In this document: positions 1 through 8,431 of the stretch, piece after piece
Layout of the letters: every line of letters starts with the position of its first letter
Numbering within the stretch: position 1 is the first letter of the stretch
Assembly (NCBI GenBank): GCA_964621305.1
Contig: CAZUOM010000002.1
Location: forward strand, 73,733 to 137,732
Origin: an uncultured Gammaproteobacteria bacterium
GTDB lineage: Bacteria > Patescibacteriota > Microgenomatia > UBA10105 > UBA927
Direction: 5' to 3'
Length of the DNA stretch: 64,000 bases
Notes under the pieces: model-generated
The model's database searches: none
Seen by the model: the letters and a program-made list of their open reading frames with translations, nothing else
Told to the model about the DNA's origin: nothing
Translations under genes and position numbers: made by a program

Positions 1-997
1 CCTTCTGAATTTTTATGCCCGTATCCGGGAACAGAATAAGAGTTTTGAGACTTTTTCGTTTGGCAAGAAACCTTCCGAGACCGCTGTAGTCCAGCCTCCT
101 GTCAAATCCGCCGGCGATGAGCGTAGCGACGTCATCACCCAGCGCCTCAAGAGCATAGATGGTTGCCTCCGGGATAGTAGCAAGCGAGTCATTGTAAAAC
201 TTAATTCCCTTAAATTCTCCCACAAACTCCAGCCGGTGCGGGAGCGGTTTAAATTGTCCGATCGCCTGTTCTGTTAGTTTGCGACTCACTCCAAAAAATT
301 GGCCAACAGCAGTTGCGGCCGCAATGTTTTTATTGTCGCCATAAAATGCAACCTTGTTTCCCTTGCTGCTATTGGCAATTTTTGCTGACAGTTTGTTTGT
401 GCGGTCGTAAACAACAACGTCTTTTACCGTTTGGAATTTGACGATATTAGCTTTAGCAGCAACATACTGGTCAAAAGAAGAGTAATAATCCAGGTGTTCA
501 GGAAAAACATTGAGGACAACGGCAACATGGGGACTAAACTTAATATCGGCGAGTTGATGGCTAGATAGTTCTATGACGAATACCGTTTTTTGGGTCGCGG
601 CGCCTAGGTGGTCAAGCGCCGGGTTGCCGATGTTGCCGACGAGCCGCACATCGGCAAATTTCTGCTTGAGGATATCGGCAATAAGAGCTGATGTTGTACT
701 TTTTCCCTTGGTGCCAGTGACGCCGACGGTGACTCCCCGACACAGAGAAAAAAAGATGTTTACTGCTGTGGTGACAAATGGAGCGCGAACTTTTTCAGGT
801 GGAATTCCGGGGGTGCGCACGACGGTGTCATACAGCTGGAGATTATCTAAATAATTATCGCCGTCTTTTTTATCAGCGATACTTATAGACAGACTTGAAT
901 AGTTCTTGCGCAAAAACCGTTCCACGCTTTGGTTTTCTCGTCCGTAGCCAAGGAGAATTATTTTGTCCCCCCTAATTTCACTTGAGTAGTTTTTCAT
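1..997 (-). CDS. murD: UDP-N-acetylmuramoylalanine--D-glutamate ligase MurD (C-terminus runs off left window edge)
   Basis: Manual minus-strand translation from ATG (rc of cat 995-997): [25 protein letters not shown]...GVTGTKGKST (Mur-ligase P-loop)...PHRLEFV... Absent from the ORF track because the ORF runs past position 1. Start overlaps the stop of the upstream gene by about 20 nt. Confidence 0.8.
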   Translation of the reverse strand, partial: MKNYSSEIRGDKIILLGYGRENQSVERFLRKNYSSLSISIADKKDGDNYLDNLQLYDTVVRTPGIPPEKVRAPFVTTAVNIFFSLCRGVTVGVTGTKGKSTTSALIADILKQKFADVRLVGNIGNPALDHLGAATQKTVFVIELSSHQLADIKFSPHVAVVLNVFPEHLDYYSSFDQYVAAKANIVKFQTVKDVVVYDRTNKLSAKIANSSKGNKVAFYGDNKNIAAATAVGQFFGVSRKLTEQAIGQFKPLPHRLEFVGEFKGIKFYNDSLATIPEATIYALEALGDDVATLIAGGFDRRLDYSGLGRFLAKRKSLKTLILFPDTGIKIQK

Positions 998-2336
998 ATT
1001 CAGGCGGCAGAAAGTGATTTGTGTTCCAACCAGAAAGGGAATAATTTTCGCCGGCCAACATGGCGACTGCCGCTTGTGCCTCTTCCGGCGCCCCCACGCA
1101 TTCAAATGGCTTCTTGTCCCCTGCTCCGGCCAAATCTAAAAAATGTTGTTGTAGCTCTTTTTTTTCCAAAAAATTGCTGCCGAAAACCGATTTCATTTGA
1201 TAGTTCGAAAGAAATGGGGATAAAATGAGATACACAAAGGCGCACTTGGCGCAGGCTCCGCACCAGTCGCGGCCGCGGAGCTTGTTGCAACTTGCAAAAA
1301 CCGGGTGATATTTTGGCATTTTTGCAAAAATAGAGGCGACTTGGATCTCGGAAAGCGGACGAAGAAAACTGAAGTACTCGGGTTTTCTTAAGGTCTCCCC
1401 CTGCCATGCAGGGAGAGACCTTGTAAAATATTCCCTGAATTTTTTCTCAAACTCATAACTTTTGGAGTACTGGTGGTTGATGATTTTGCCCAGATATTCT
1501 ATGTTTCCCTCTGAAGCACTTGATTCATTTGAGGCAATGACATGTTGAAAACTGTGGAGCTTAGCAACCATTGAGCCGAGGAATGCAAGGTAGGCAGAAA
1601 ACGGCGTATGTCCGTTGAGATATCCTTGATGGTTAAGTTCAAGCAAAGCAGCATCAATTGTTCGCTTAACAATTATCGGATTTTCGTATCCTGCGACCTC
1701 GACAACCCTTATGGCAGCGGGAGTTGGGTTGAGAAGAAGAACGTTTTTTCGAGTCGGCATTTTTTTGAGAAGCTCAATGGTTACCACCGAGTCTTTGCCG
1801 CCACTGGCGAGGATGAGATCACCACGAGAAGCAGGGCTAGTAACACGAGCAGGGCTAGTAACACGAGAAACGCTGGAAATAGTAAGAAAGCCAGAACCGG
1901 TAAAGTCGATCGCGTTTTTGTAGAAAAATTCACCGAGGCCGTTTATGAATAAATCGTGCCACCAATCAATTTGTTCAGGGGTCAAACTCCCCGCTTTGAC
2001 AATCAACTCCGGCGGGCAGGCGGCTTTCCAGTAGCTGATTGCCTCTACCATGCCGAGGTTGAAAACCAACGGGTCGATAAGTGATCGATTGATTTCTCCC
2101 CTAACCGGAATTGTTATTTCCGGAGAAAATCGAATATCTGGTTCGAGAAGAAAATAGAATCGGACAACTAGTTTCTCGTTGGCTTCAGAAATCTCGTAGG
2201 ATTGGTAGACCAACCGAGGATGTTTAGCGCGCAATTTTTCGACATTCATCTTGCGTATTATACCATCGACCTCTATAATAGACGCATGCCGAAGCGAATA
2301 TATCAACCCAAAAAGAAAAAGCGAGCGCAAAAGCAC
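978..2336 (-). CDS. PP-loop (SGGKDS) ATP-pyrophosphatase family protein with C-terminal CxxC; candidate MurL-like UDP-MurNAc-L-Ala-L-Glu epimerase
   Basis: 452-aa [13 protein letters not shown]-loop motif and C-terminal CGACAKC. Lies immediately upstream of murD, is co-oriented with it and overlaps it. Contains an in-frame 18-bp tandem duplication ([13 protein letters not shown]) and a diverged palindromic insertion at 1389-1423. The functional assignment is inference. Confidence 0.55.
   Translation of the reverse strand: MLLRSLFLFGLIYSLRHASIIEVDGIIRKMNVEKLRAKHPRLVYQSYEISEANEKLVVRFYFLLEPDIRFSPEITIPVRGEINRSLIDPLVFNLGMVEAISYWKAACPPELIVKAGSLTPEQIDWWHDLFINGLGEFFYKNAIDFTGSGFLTISSVSRVTSPARVTSPASRGDLILASGGKDSVVTIELLKKMPTRKNVLLLNPTPAAIRVVEVAGYENPIIVKRTIDAALLELNHQGYLNGHTPFSAYLAFLGSMVAKLHSFQHVIASNESSASEGNIEYLGKIINHQYSKSYEFEKKFREYFTRSLPAWQGETLRKPEYFSFLRPLSEIQVASIFAKMPKYHPVFASCNKLRGRDWCGACAKCAFVYLILSPFLSNYQMKSVFGSNFLEKKELQQHFLDLAGAGDKKPFECVGAPEEAQAAVAMLAGENYSLSGWNTNHFLPPEYEKLLK
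1389..1423. repeat. diverged copy of the in-frame palindromic element (AAGGTCTCCCCCTGC catg GCAGGGAGAGACCTT)
   Basis: 15-bp inverted repeat with 1 mismatch and a 4-nt loop, located inside the coding sequence. Encodes [11 protein letters not shown] on the minus strand, similar to the peptides encoded by the copies at 14415 and 60308. Confidence 0.6.
1831..1866. repeat. perfect 18-bp tandem duplication (GCAGGGCTAGTAACACGA x2) inside the PP-loop gene
   Basis: Read directly in the sequence. It is in frame and duplicates the hexapeptide (SRVTSP)ARVTSP just upstream of the SGGKDS motif. Confidence 0.9.
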
Positions 2337-2423
2337 GGGTTCCGGCAGCGGATGGCATCCCGAGGAGGCCGAAAAGTGCTGGCGCGCCGCCGCCTCGCGG
2401 GCCGAAGAAGGTTAACTGTATGA
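2286..2423 (+). CDS. rpmH: 50S ribosomal protein L34
   Basis: [45 protein letters not shown], the typical L34 sequence. The stop overlaps the hicB start (ATGA). Confidence 0.9.
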   Translation: MPKRIYQPKKKKRAQKHGFRQRMASRGGRKVLARRRLAGRRRLTV

Positions 2424-2662
2424 AAATTCACCACTATACCGCAGTTTTTCAAAAAGAACCGACCGGAGGATATACTGTCATTGTCCCTTCGCTGCCGGGA
2501 TGTGTGACGTGGGGGAAAACCACGGAAGATGCTATTGCTGCAGGAAAAGAAGCAATCGAATCATATCTGGGGAGCTTGGCAAAAGATAAACAAAATCCTC
2601 CGCCGGACATCAGTTTTGTTTCGACCATTGATGTTCCCCCGTCTGCAGCGGCATATGCCTAA
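2420..2662 (+). CDS. hicB: HicB-family antitoxin (UPF0150)
   Basis: 80 aa, [39 protein letters not shown]..., the HicB/UPF0150 fold signature. Confidence 0.75.
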   Translation: MKIHHYTAVFQKEPTGGYTVIVPSLPGCVTWGKTTEDAIAAGKEAIESYLGSLAKDKQNPPPDISFVSTIDVPPSAAAYA

Positions 2663-2879
2663 ATTGCCATCGTATAAACCCCGCGACGTAGTAAAGAAGC
2701 TAGAAAAATTAGGATTTATCAAGCATCACCAAGTTGGCAGTCACCTGACCATGCGTCACCCTACAACTTATCAACGAGCAGTTATACCGCTTCACTTGAA
2801 AGATATAGCAAAGGGCACGCTTCTTTCTTTGCTTCGGGAAGCAGGTATTGACCGAGATACCTTTATTGCAACTAAGTAA
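2655..2879 (+). CDS. hicA: HicA-family mRNA interferase toxin
   Basis: Internal ATG at 2655 gives [36 protein letters not shown]..., which resembles HicA/YcfA. Overlaps the hicB stop (ATGCCTAA). Confidence 0.75.
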   Translation: MPKLPSYKPRDVVKKLEKLGFIKHHQVGSHLTMRHPTTYQRAVIPLHLKDIAKGTLLSLLREAGIDRDTFIATK

Positions 2880-2881
2880 TT

Positions 2882-3232
2882 ATGTTATCGCGGCCACATC
2901 GTCTTCCCGCTTCTGAGATAAAGAATATTCTTCGGAGTAAAGAAAGATTCTCCAGCAGAGAGTTCCATATTGTGTTTGCCAAAAACAATCTGACTGTTTC
3001 CCGTTTCGCCGTAGTTGTTTCAAACAAAATTGATAAGCGCGCAACCGTACGAAATCGCACCAAGCGCCTCATCCGTGAGTCGGCGCGGCATCTGCTTCCG
3101 CGTCTCGTAAGAGGCCGGGATGTCGTGATCATTGCAAAAAAAGCGCTTGGGGAGATTGGTCAGTCGCAGGCGCAAAAAATTGTCCAAGAAGCCTTTTCCC
3201 GTGGCAGTCTTTTCAACAATGCAACAATGTAA
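2882..3232 (+). CDS. rnpA: ribonuclease P protein component
   Basis: 116 aa, basic, RHRL...[25 protein letters not shown]. Sits in the conserved rpmH-rnpA-yidD-yidC-jag context. Confidence 0.85.
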   Translation: MLSRPHRLPASEIKNILRSKERFSSREFHIVFAKNNLTVSRFAVVVSNKIDKRATVRNRTKRLIRESARHLLPRLVRGRDVVIIAKKALGEIGQSQAQKIVQEAFSRGSLFNNATM

Positions 3233-3234
3233 CA

Positions 3235-3477
3235 ATGAAACAATTTGTTCTTTCATCGATCCGCTTCTACCAGCGCTACCTATCTTTTGATACGGGACTG
3301 CTTAAGTTTTTGTTTCTGACCGATAAAGCCTGCAGGTTTACACCCAGATGCAGTCAGTACACACATGAAGCAATCAGCCGCTATGGTATAATCATGGGAT
3401 TGACCTTGGGAGTGAGACGTATTCTTCGTTGTCATCCCTGGAATAAAGGCGGATACGATCCCGTGCCAAAAGTATGA
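3235..3477 (+). CDS. yidD: membrane protein insertion efficiency factor YidD
   Basis: 80 aa. YQRYLS...[19 protein letters not shown]...[17 protein letters not shown] is a classic YidD sequence. Confidence 0.9.
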   Translation: MKQFVLSSIRFYQRYLSFDTGLLKFLFLTDKACRFTPRCSQYTHEAISRYGIIMGLTLGVRRILRCHPWNKGGYDPVPKV

Positions 3478-4292
3478 CTGATCCAAACCTCTGGAACCAA
3501 CTGCTTATCTGGCCGATTGTTAATCTGTTGGTGGCCTTTTATAAATTGTTTGAGCTTTTGCACATTCCCGGCCCGTTGGGATGGGCAATCATACTTATGA
3601 CGATTGCCATTCGGCTTCTCCTTTATCCCCTCATGGAAAAGCAGCTTGCTTCAGCCAAAAAGATGGCGTCGCTCAAGCCCCACATGGATGCACTTTCCGC
3701 AAGACACAAAGACGATAAAAAGGCCCTCCAACAAGCACAACTTGCGCTTTATAAAGAGCACGGGGTAAATCCTGCCGCCGGATGTCTCCCTCTCCTGATT
3801 CAAATGCCGGTTTTGATTGCCCTCTACAACGTGTTTTATCAAATATTAAGCAACGGAAATTTGGAAAAAATGGTGGAAACCATCAATCAAGTTGTCTATC
3901 TGCCGCTATTGAAGCTGACGTCGCTTGACCCGACGTTTTTCGGAGTCAATCTCGGCATCAAACCTGAGCAGTGGCAGACACATGGCGTATGGCTTCTTTC
4001 CGTGCCGGTTATAACCGGCGCCCTCCAGTGGTGGCAATCTAAGTTGATGATCCCTCCTTCGTCGGGACAAGTGCCAAGCACTGCGTTAGCCAGCAATAAA
4101 GAAGAAAAGAAGCCGGAAGATACGGCGATGGAGATGCAAAAGCAGATGGCCATAATCATGCCCCTCATGTTTGGCTACTTCTCGCTTCAGTTTCAGTTGG
4201 GCCTGGCGCTTTACTGGAATATGTTTGGAGCGCTTGGTATTATTCAGCAATTGTCTGTGAACAGACAAAACACGGAATATGGAAGCAATTGA
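3474..4292 (+). CDS. yidC: membrane protein insertase YidC (short form)
   Basis: 272 aa, multi-TM, LYPL...QMPVLIALY, located after yidD. Confidence 0.85.
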   Translation: MTDPNLWNQLLIWPIVNLLVAFYKLFELLHIPGPLGWAIILMTIAIRLLLYPLMEKQLASAKKMASLKPHMDALSARHKDDKKALQQAQLALYKEHGVNPAAGCLPLLIQMPVLIALYNVFYQILSNGNLEKMVETINQVVYLPLLKLTSLDPTFFGVNLGIKPEQWQTHGVWLLSVPVITGALQWWQSKLMIPPSSGQVPSTALASNKEEKKPEDTAMEMQKQMAIIMPLMFGYFSLQFQLGLALYWNMFGALGIIQQLSVNRQNTEYGSN

Positions 4293-4734
4293 TCAAGTTA
4301 AACAACTGACCGAAGATTTGCTTAAGCGCTTGGGAGTAAGCGGCACGGTTAGTGTGGACACTGACGAGGCCGGAGCCTACCGCGTTCACATTGAGACAGA
4401 AGAGACGGGTCTTCTTATTGGTTTCCACGGCAGAACGCTTGAGAGTTTTCAGATTATTTTAAGCATTCTCGTTTCCAAAAAACTAGACTCTTGGGTTAAA
4501 ACTTACGTTAATGTTGGCGATTATCGCGAGAAGCGCGAAGAAGCGCTCATGATAATGGCCCAGCGGGCCGCCGAGCGCGCGCTCTCCCTCAACCGTCCGG
4601 TGGAGCTTTCCCGTCTCTCCCCTTCCGAGCGGCGCGTCATTCACCTGACACTTTCAGGCGACGAGCGCATTGAGACAGAATCAGTGGGAGAAGGCAACAG
4701 TCGGACGCTTCTCGTCAAGCCGCGAACGCCATGA
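4279..4734 (+). CDS. jag: Jag/KhpB-like RNA-binding protein (KH/R3H)
   Basis: 151 aa. R3H-like C-terminus (RRVIHLTLSGDERIETESVGEG) and synteny after yidC. Confidence 0.8.
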   Translation: MEAIDQVKQLTEDLLKRLGVSGTVSVDTDEAGAYRVHIETEETGLLIGFHGRTLESFQIILSILVSKKLDSWVKTYVNVGDYREKREEALMIMAQRAAERALSLNRPVELSRLSPSERRVIHLTLSGDERIETESVGEGNSRTLLVKPRTP

Positions 4735-5291
4735 AAATAGGTCTCCTCGGCGGCGTTTTTAATCCTCCGCACGTCGGACATCTCATTATCGCCCAGCAGG
4801 TTTTAGATTTTACAGACATTGAAGAGATTTGGTTTGTCCCCAATTACGGCCAGCTTCCCCCCAAGCCCAACATTGCTTCCTCGGTTGATCGGTTGGCTAT
4901 GACGAAATTTTTGGTGTTGCCGAGGACGCGAATTTCGACGCTTGAAATCGACCATAAACTTGACGGTAACACTATTAATCTTCTCCCTTATTTACCCAAA
5001 GAACATTCATATCAATTTATCATGGGCAGCGACTGGTTATCGTATTTTAGGCAGTGGGGTCAATGGGAAGAGCTTATTGAACAATTGCCCTTTCTTGTGT
5101 TTCCCCGTAGCGGCCACCCCATGGAACCGCTGTATAAAAACATGACACCACTCAAACACGAACTGTTAGTCACCACGAACATTTCCGCGACCAAAATCCG
5201 CGAGCGCATAAGACGAGGGTTGCCCATCGACCAGTTGGTGCCGCGGGAGATTGCCGAATATATAAAGAGGCATGGATTATATTTGACTTGA
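4731..5291 (+). CDS. nadD: nicotinate-nucleotide adenylyltransferase
   Basis: GGVFNPPHVGHL (the (H/T)xGH motif) and overall NadD-like sequence. Confidence 0.85.
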   Translation: MKIGLLGGVFNPPHVGHLIIAQQVLDFTDIEEIWFVPNYGQLPPKPNIASSVDRLAMTKFLVLPRTRISTLEIDHKLDGNTINLLPYLPKEHSYQFIMGSDWLSYFRQWGQWEELIEQLPFLVFPRSGHPMEPLYKNMTPLKHELLVTTNISATKIRERIRRGLPIDQLVPREIAEYIKRHGLYLT

Positions 5292-5316
5292 AACGGCAAT
5301 TTGCTACACTGGCATC

Positions 5317-5649
5317 ATGCATTTGCCCGCTTTTCTTCAGCCTTCTCTTTGGAGTTATGATTTATCAACAATAGATCCAGAGAAAAGCGCTCACTTTATT
5401 ATCTCGCAGGTGTTAAATTACGGCGACGAGCGGCAGCTTAAATGGCTCTTTTCCCATTACGGAAAAGACACTGTACAGGAGGTGTTGCTCCATCCGTCGC
5501 GCGGCATTTGGCACCGGGAAAAATTAAGGAAATGGTTGGGAGTTTTTCGTCTGATGATCGACCCCTTAGTGTTTGAATCGGCGATTGTTGACCTCGCGCC
5601 GCGAATCAAACTCCACGAGGCGTTTTTTGAGCGGAAGGAGACTTCTTAA
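5317..5649 (+). CDS. hypothetical protein; putative partner/antitoxin of the downstream AbiEii-like nucleotidyltransferase
   Basis: 110-aa ORF located 7 nt upstream of the AbiEii-family gene. No motif recognised. Confidence 0.4.
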   Translation: MHLPAFLQPSLWSYDLSTIDPEKSAHFIISQVLNYGDERQLKWLFSHYGKDTVQEVLLHPSRGIWHREKLRKWLGVFRLMIDPLVFESAIVDLAPRIKLHEAFFERKETS

Positions 5650-5655
5650 GCAAGA

Positions 5656-6300
5656 ATGACGTTTCATCCAGACATACTGCACCCGAGACAACAACGCGTG
5701 TTGAGGAAACTGGCTGTTTTTCGCACGTTTGGGTATTACCTCGCGGGTGGGACCGCGCTGGCGTTGCAGCTTGGACACAGAACGTCATTGGATTTTGATT
5801 TTTACAGCAAGGAGAAACTTGAGCGTGAAACGTTCGCGGTTGGCCTCAAGCAATCGTTGTCAACGGTAAAAATATTGCGTCAAACCCATGATGCATTTCA
5901 GGCTGTTACCGAGGGCGTTAACGTGTCCGTGTTTTACTATCCGTATCAACTATTGCATGCGTTGGTTGATTTTCCACCCATTCAGCTTGCTAGCCTTGAG
6001 GATATTGCGGCCATGAAAATCGTGGCCCTCGTGCAAAGGGCTAGACAACGGGATTTTTGGGACGTCTATTATTTGGCAGAGCGCTTGGGAATAGCAAACG
6101 TAATAGCGTCTGCCTACAGGAAATACCCGTGGTATGAAGAGAACAACCAGATCATACTGCGCGCGCTCACCTATTTTGATGATGCGGACACCGATGACGA
6201 GGTCGGGAGAATAACAATTGTTGACAGAAATCTTCGATGGAAAGACGTGAAGGAGAAGATACGGCGTGCGGTGGAAGCATACCGTAAGGAGACAGCGTGA
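5656..6300 (+). CDS. nucleotidyltransferase AbiEii/AbiGii toxin family (DUF1814)
   Basis: YYLAGGTALALQLGHRTSLDFDFYS matches the GGTAL...R.S.D.DF signature of AbiEii. Confidence 0.7.
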   Translation: MTFHPDILHPRQQRVLRKLAVFRTFGYYLAGGTALALQLGHRTSLDFDFYSKEKLERETFAVGLKQSLSTVKILRQTHDAFQAVTEGVNVSVFYYPYQLLHALVDFPPIQLASLEDIAAMKIVALVQRARQRDFWDVYYLAERLGIANVIASAYRKYPWYEENNQIILRALTYFDDADTDDEVGRITIVDRNLRWKDVKEKIRRAVEAYRKETA

Positions 6301-6419
6301 CGGCAGACGAAGATATATACTGAAAAAACTCAGGTTTGCAATTCGTTTTTCCAGTATATACCCATCTAATCAGCTTTTTCGCCCTAACCGGCTGCAAACC
6401 TGAGTAAGATGGGTATAGC

Positions 6420-7184
6420 ATGATGAGCATAAAGCAAACAGCTGGCCGGCTCGTGGAGTTTTTAAAAGTTTCGTTCCAAGACTCTGGATTTACTCGGGCG
6501 GTCATCGCCCTCTCCGGCGGGGTGGACTCAAGTACTAGCTGCGCGCTGACTGCCCAAACAATCGGAAAAGAAAACGTCTATCCCCTTCTTCTTCCCTACG
6601 GGAACCTCAATAAAAAGAGTATGACCGACGCGTGGTTAGTGACAAAAGTCGTCGGAATTCCGAAAAAAAATGTTACAGAAAAAAATATTGCCCCATTGGT
6701 TGACCCGGTTCTTGCAACAGATCCGACGATGGATAACGTTCGTCGCGGCAACATCATGGCCCGCGTGCGGATGATACTCCTTTATGACTGGGCCAAAAAA
6801 CACAATGCGCTCGTAGTTGGGACGGAAAACAAAACCGAGCATCTCTTGGGATACTTTACTCGCTTCGGTGATGAGGCAAGCGACATTGAGCCGCTGCGGA
6901 GCCTTTACAAAACAGAGGTTTATGAACTTGCAAAATTACTGAAACTGCCGAAAGCAATCTTAACCAAGGCGCCAACCGCTGGTTTATGGGAAGGCCAAAC
7001 AGATGAAGGAGAGTTTGGTTTTACTTACAAAGAAGCGGATGAGATTTTGACCCTGTTGGTTGATAAGGGCCTCGCCATTGCCGATGTCATTCTAAAAGGA
7101 TATGATCGAACCACCGTTGAGAAGGTGGCGACCCGCATGAAAGCTAACAACTTTAAGCACAATCTTCCCCTCGTTCCCCTATGA
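6420..7184 (+). CDS. nadE: NH3-dependent NAD+ synthetase
   Basis: ALSGGVDSS PP-loop motif, 254 aa, NadE-like throughout. Confidence 0.85.
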   Translation: MMSIKQTAGRLVEFLKVSFQDSGFTRAVIALSGGVDSSTSCALTAQTIGKENVYPLLLPYGNLNKKSMTDAWLVTKVVGIPKKNVTEKNIAPLVDPVLATDPTMDNVRRGNIMARVRMILLYDWAKKHNALVVGTENKTEHLLGYFTRFGDEASDIEPLRSLYKTEVYELAKLLKLPKAILTKAPTAGLWEGQTDEGEFGFTYKEADEILTLLVDKGLAIADVILKGYDRTTVEKVATRMKANNFKHNLPLVPL

Positions 7185-8431
7185 GGTGGCACCAAATATT
7201 TTTTTTCCTCCTTCTTGTTTTTTTACCTACGCAATTGGGTTACCACTTTTGGCCTGACTGGGCGATGGTGTTGGGAAGGAGAGTCGACTACTTATCTCCT
7301 ACCGTTTTCTTGACGGACCTTCTCATTTTGTTAACAGTTGGCAGCTGGTTTTTTACAGAAATATCAAATATCAAAAATCAAAAATCAAAAATACAAATTA
7401 AAAATCAAAAACTTAAGTTACTTTTCTTAGCTGTTGTGTTTGTATTAATCAATATTTTTGTTTCTGAAGAGAGACCGGTTGCTATTTATAAATGGTTGAA
7501 GGTTGCGGAATTTGTTGCGCTGGGATGGTATGTAGTAAAAACAAAGCCACCTTTATCGTTTATCGCTTATCCCATGTCGCTTGGCCTTTTGTATTCATCT
7601 GTTCTGGCCATTGCACAATTTTTGCTCCAGCATTCTATCGGCGGCCCACTGTGGTGGCTTGGCGAAAGAATCTTCAATCTCGATACACCGGGTATTGCAC
7701 GTTTTGGCTGGTTTGGTCGGGAAATTCTCAGACCCTACGCAATGTTTCCACACCCGAACGTATTGGGAGGCTACCTCGCGGCAATTCTGCCGCTCATAAT
7801 TATCCAATTAACCAATAATCCAATTCTCAAATTATCCAATATAAAAAAGACGTTTTACCTTACAACTTTGGCGTTGGGGATGGTTGCGCTTGGGTTGACG
7901 TTTAGCAGGAGCGCAATTACTGTCGGAATATTTGCCATTGGACTAACGCTGTGGCAAACATTCAGAAAAAAAAGATATTTGGTTTTGTTTTTTGCCTTTG
8001 TATTGCTTATTGCTTATTGCTTATTGATTATTGCTCCCAATGGCGAGTCGTTTGTCGTTCGGCAGCAGCTTAACGATGCGGCGATAAAAATTTGGCAGCA
8101 ATCCCCCATTATTGGTGTTGGACTTGGAAACTTTCTTGTTGAGTTGCCAAAAGCACTAACCTCCCGATCCGTGTATTTTTTGCAGCCGGCGCACAACATT
8201 TACATTTTGGTTTTAGCAGAAACAGGTGTCGTTGGATTAATATTGCTTCTTTATTTACTTTGGAGAGTCTTTCGAAAAAGACCATTTGGCATTTATCATT
8301 TGTCATTTGGCATTTTGTTAATTCTGGGTCTCGTCGACCACTATCTCCTCACACTCCAACAAGGGCAATTACTGTTGACGCTTTTTGTTTCTTTGAATCT
8401 CTTCGGCTCACACAATACAATACGCTCATGA
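7181..8431 (+). CDS. O-antigen ligase-like (Wzy_C/WaaL family) polytopic membrane protein
   Basis: 416 aa, about 10 TM segments, large loop ...GLGNFLVELPKAL...PAHNIYILVLAETG typical of O-antigen ligase. Contains three to four short tandem-repeat tracts. Confidence 0.65.
   Translation: MRWHQIFFFLLLVFLPTQLGYHFWPDWAMVLGRRVDYLSPTVFLTDLLILLTVGSWFFTEISNIKNQKSKIQIKNQKLKLLFLAVVFVLINIFVSEERPVAIYKWLKVAEFVALGWYVVKTKPPLSFIAYPMSLGLLYSSVLAIAQFLLQHSIGGPLWWLGERIFNLDTPGIARFGWFGREILRPYAMFPHPNVLGGYLAAILPLIIIQLTNNPILKLSNIKKTFYLTTLALGMVALGLTFSRSAITVGIFAIGLTLWQTFRKKRYLVLFFAFVLLIAYCLLIIAPNGESFVVRQQLNDAAIKIWQQSPIIGVGLGNFLVELPKALTSRSVYFLQPAHNIYILVLAETGVVGLILLLYLLWRVFRKRPFGIYHLSFGILLILGLVDHYLLTLQQGQLLLTLFVSLNLFGSHNTIRS
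7360..7408. repeat. heptanucleotide tandem repeat tract (AATATCA x2, AAAATCA x2-3, degenerate units) inside the ligase gene
   Basis: Read directly. Encodes SNIKNQKSKIQIKNQK. Confidence 0.85.
7802..7841. repeat. five imperfect octamer units (ATCCAATT/AACCAATA/ATCCAATT/CTCAAATT/ATCCAATA)
   Basis: Read directly. Encodes IQLTNNPILKLSNI. Confidence 0.75.
8001..8035. repeat. five tandem heptamers TATTG(C/A)T
   Basis: Read directly: tattgct tattgct tattgct tattgat tattgct. Encodes LLIAYCLLIIA. Confidence 0.9.
8284..8318. repeat. five tandem heptamers CATTTNN
   Basis: Read directly: catttgg catttat catttgt catttgg cattttg. The tract straddles the 3' part of the ligase gene. Confidence 0.85.

Noticed and set aside
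13-225. 70-aa minus-strand ORF from the track at the left edge
   Set aside because: It lies in a different frame, antisense to nothing, and is nested within the murD coding region. The MurD frame gives a continuous Mur-ligase translation (GVTGTKGKST), so this ORF is spurious.
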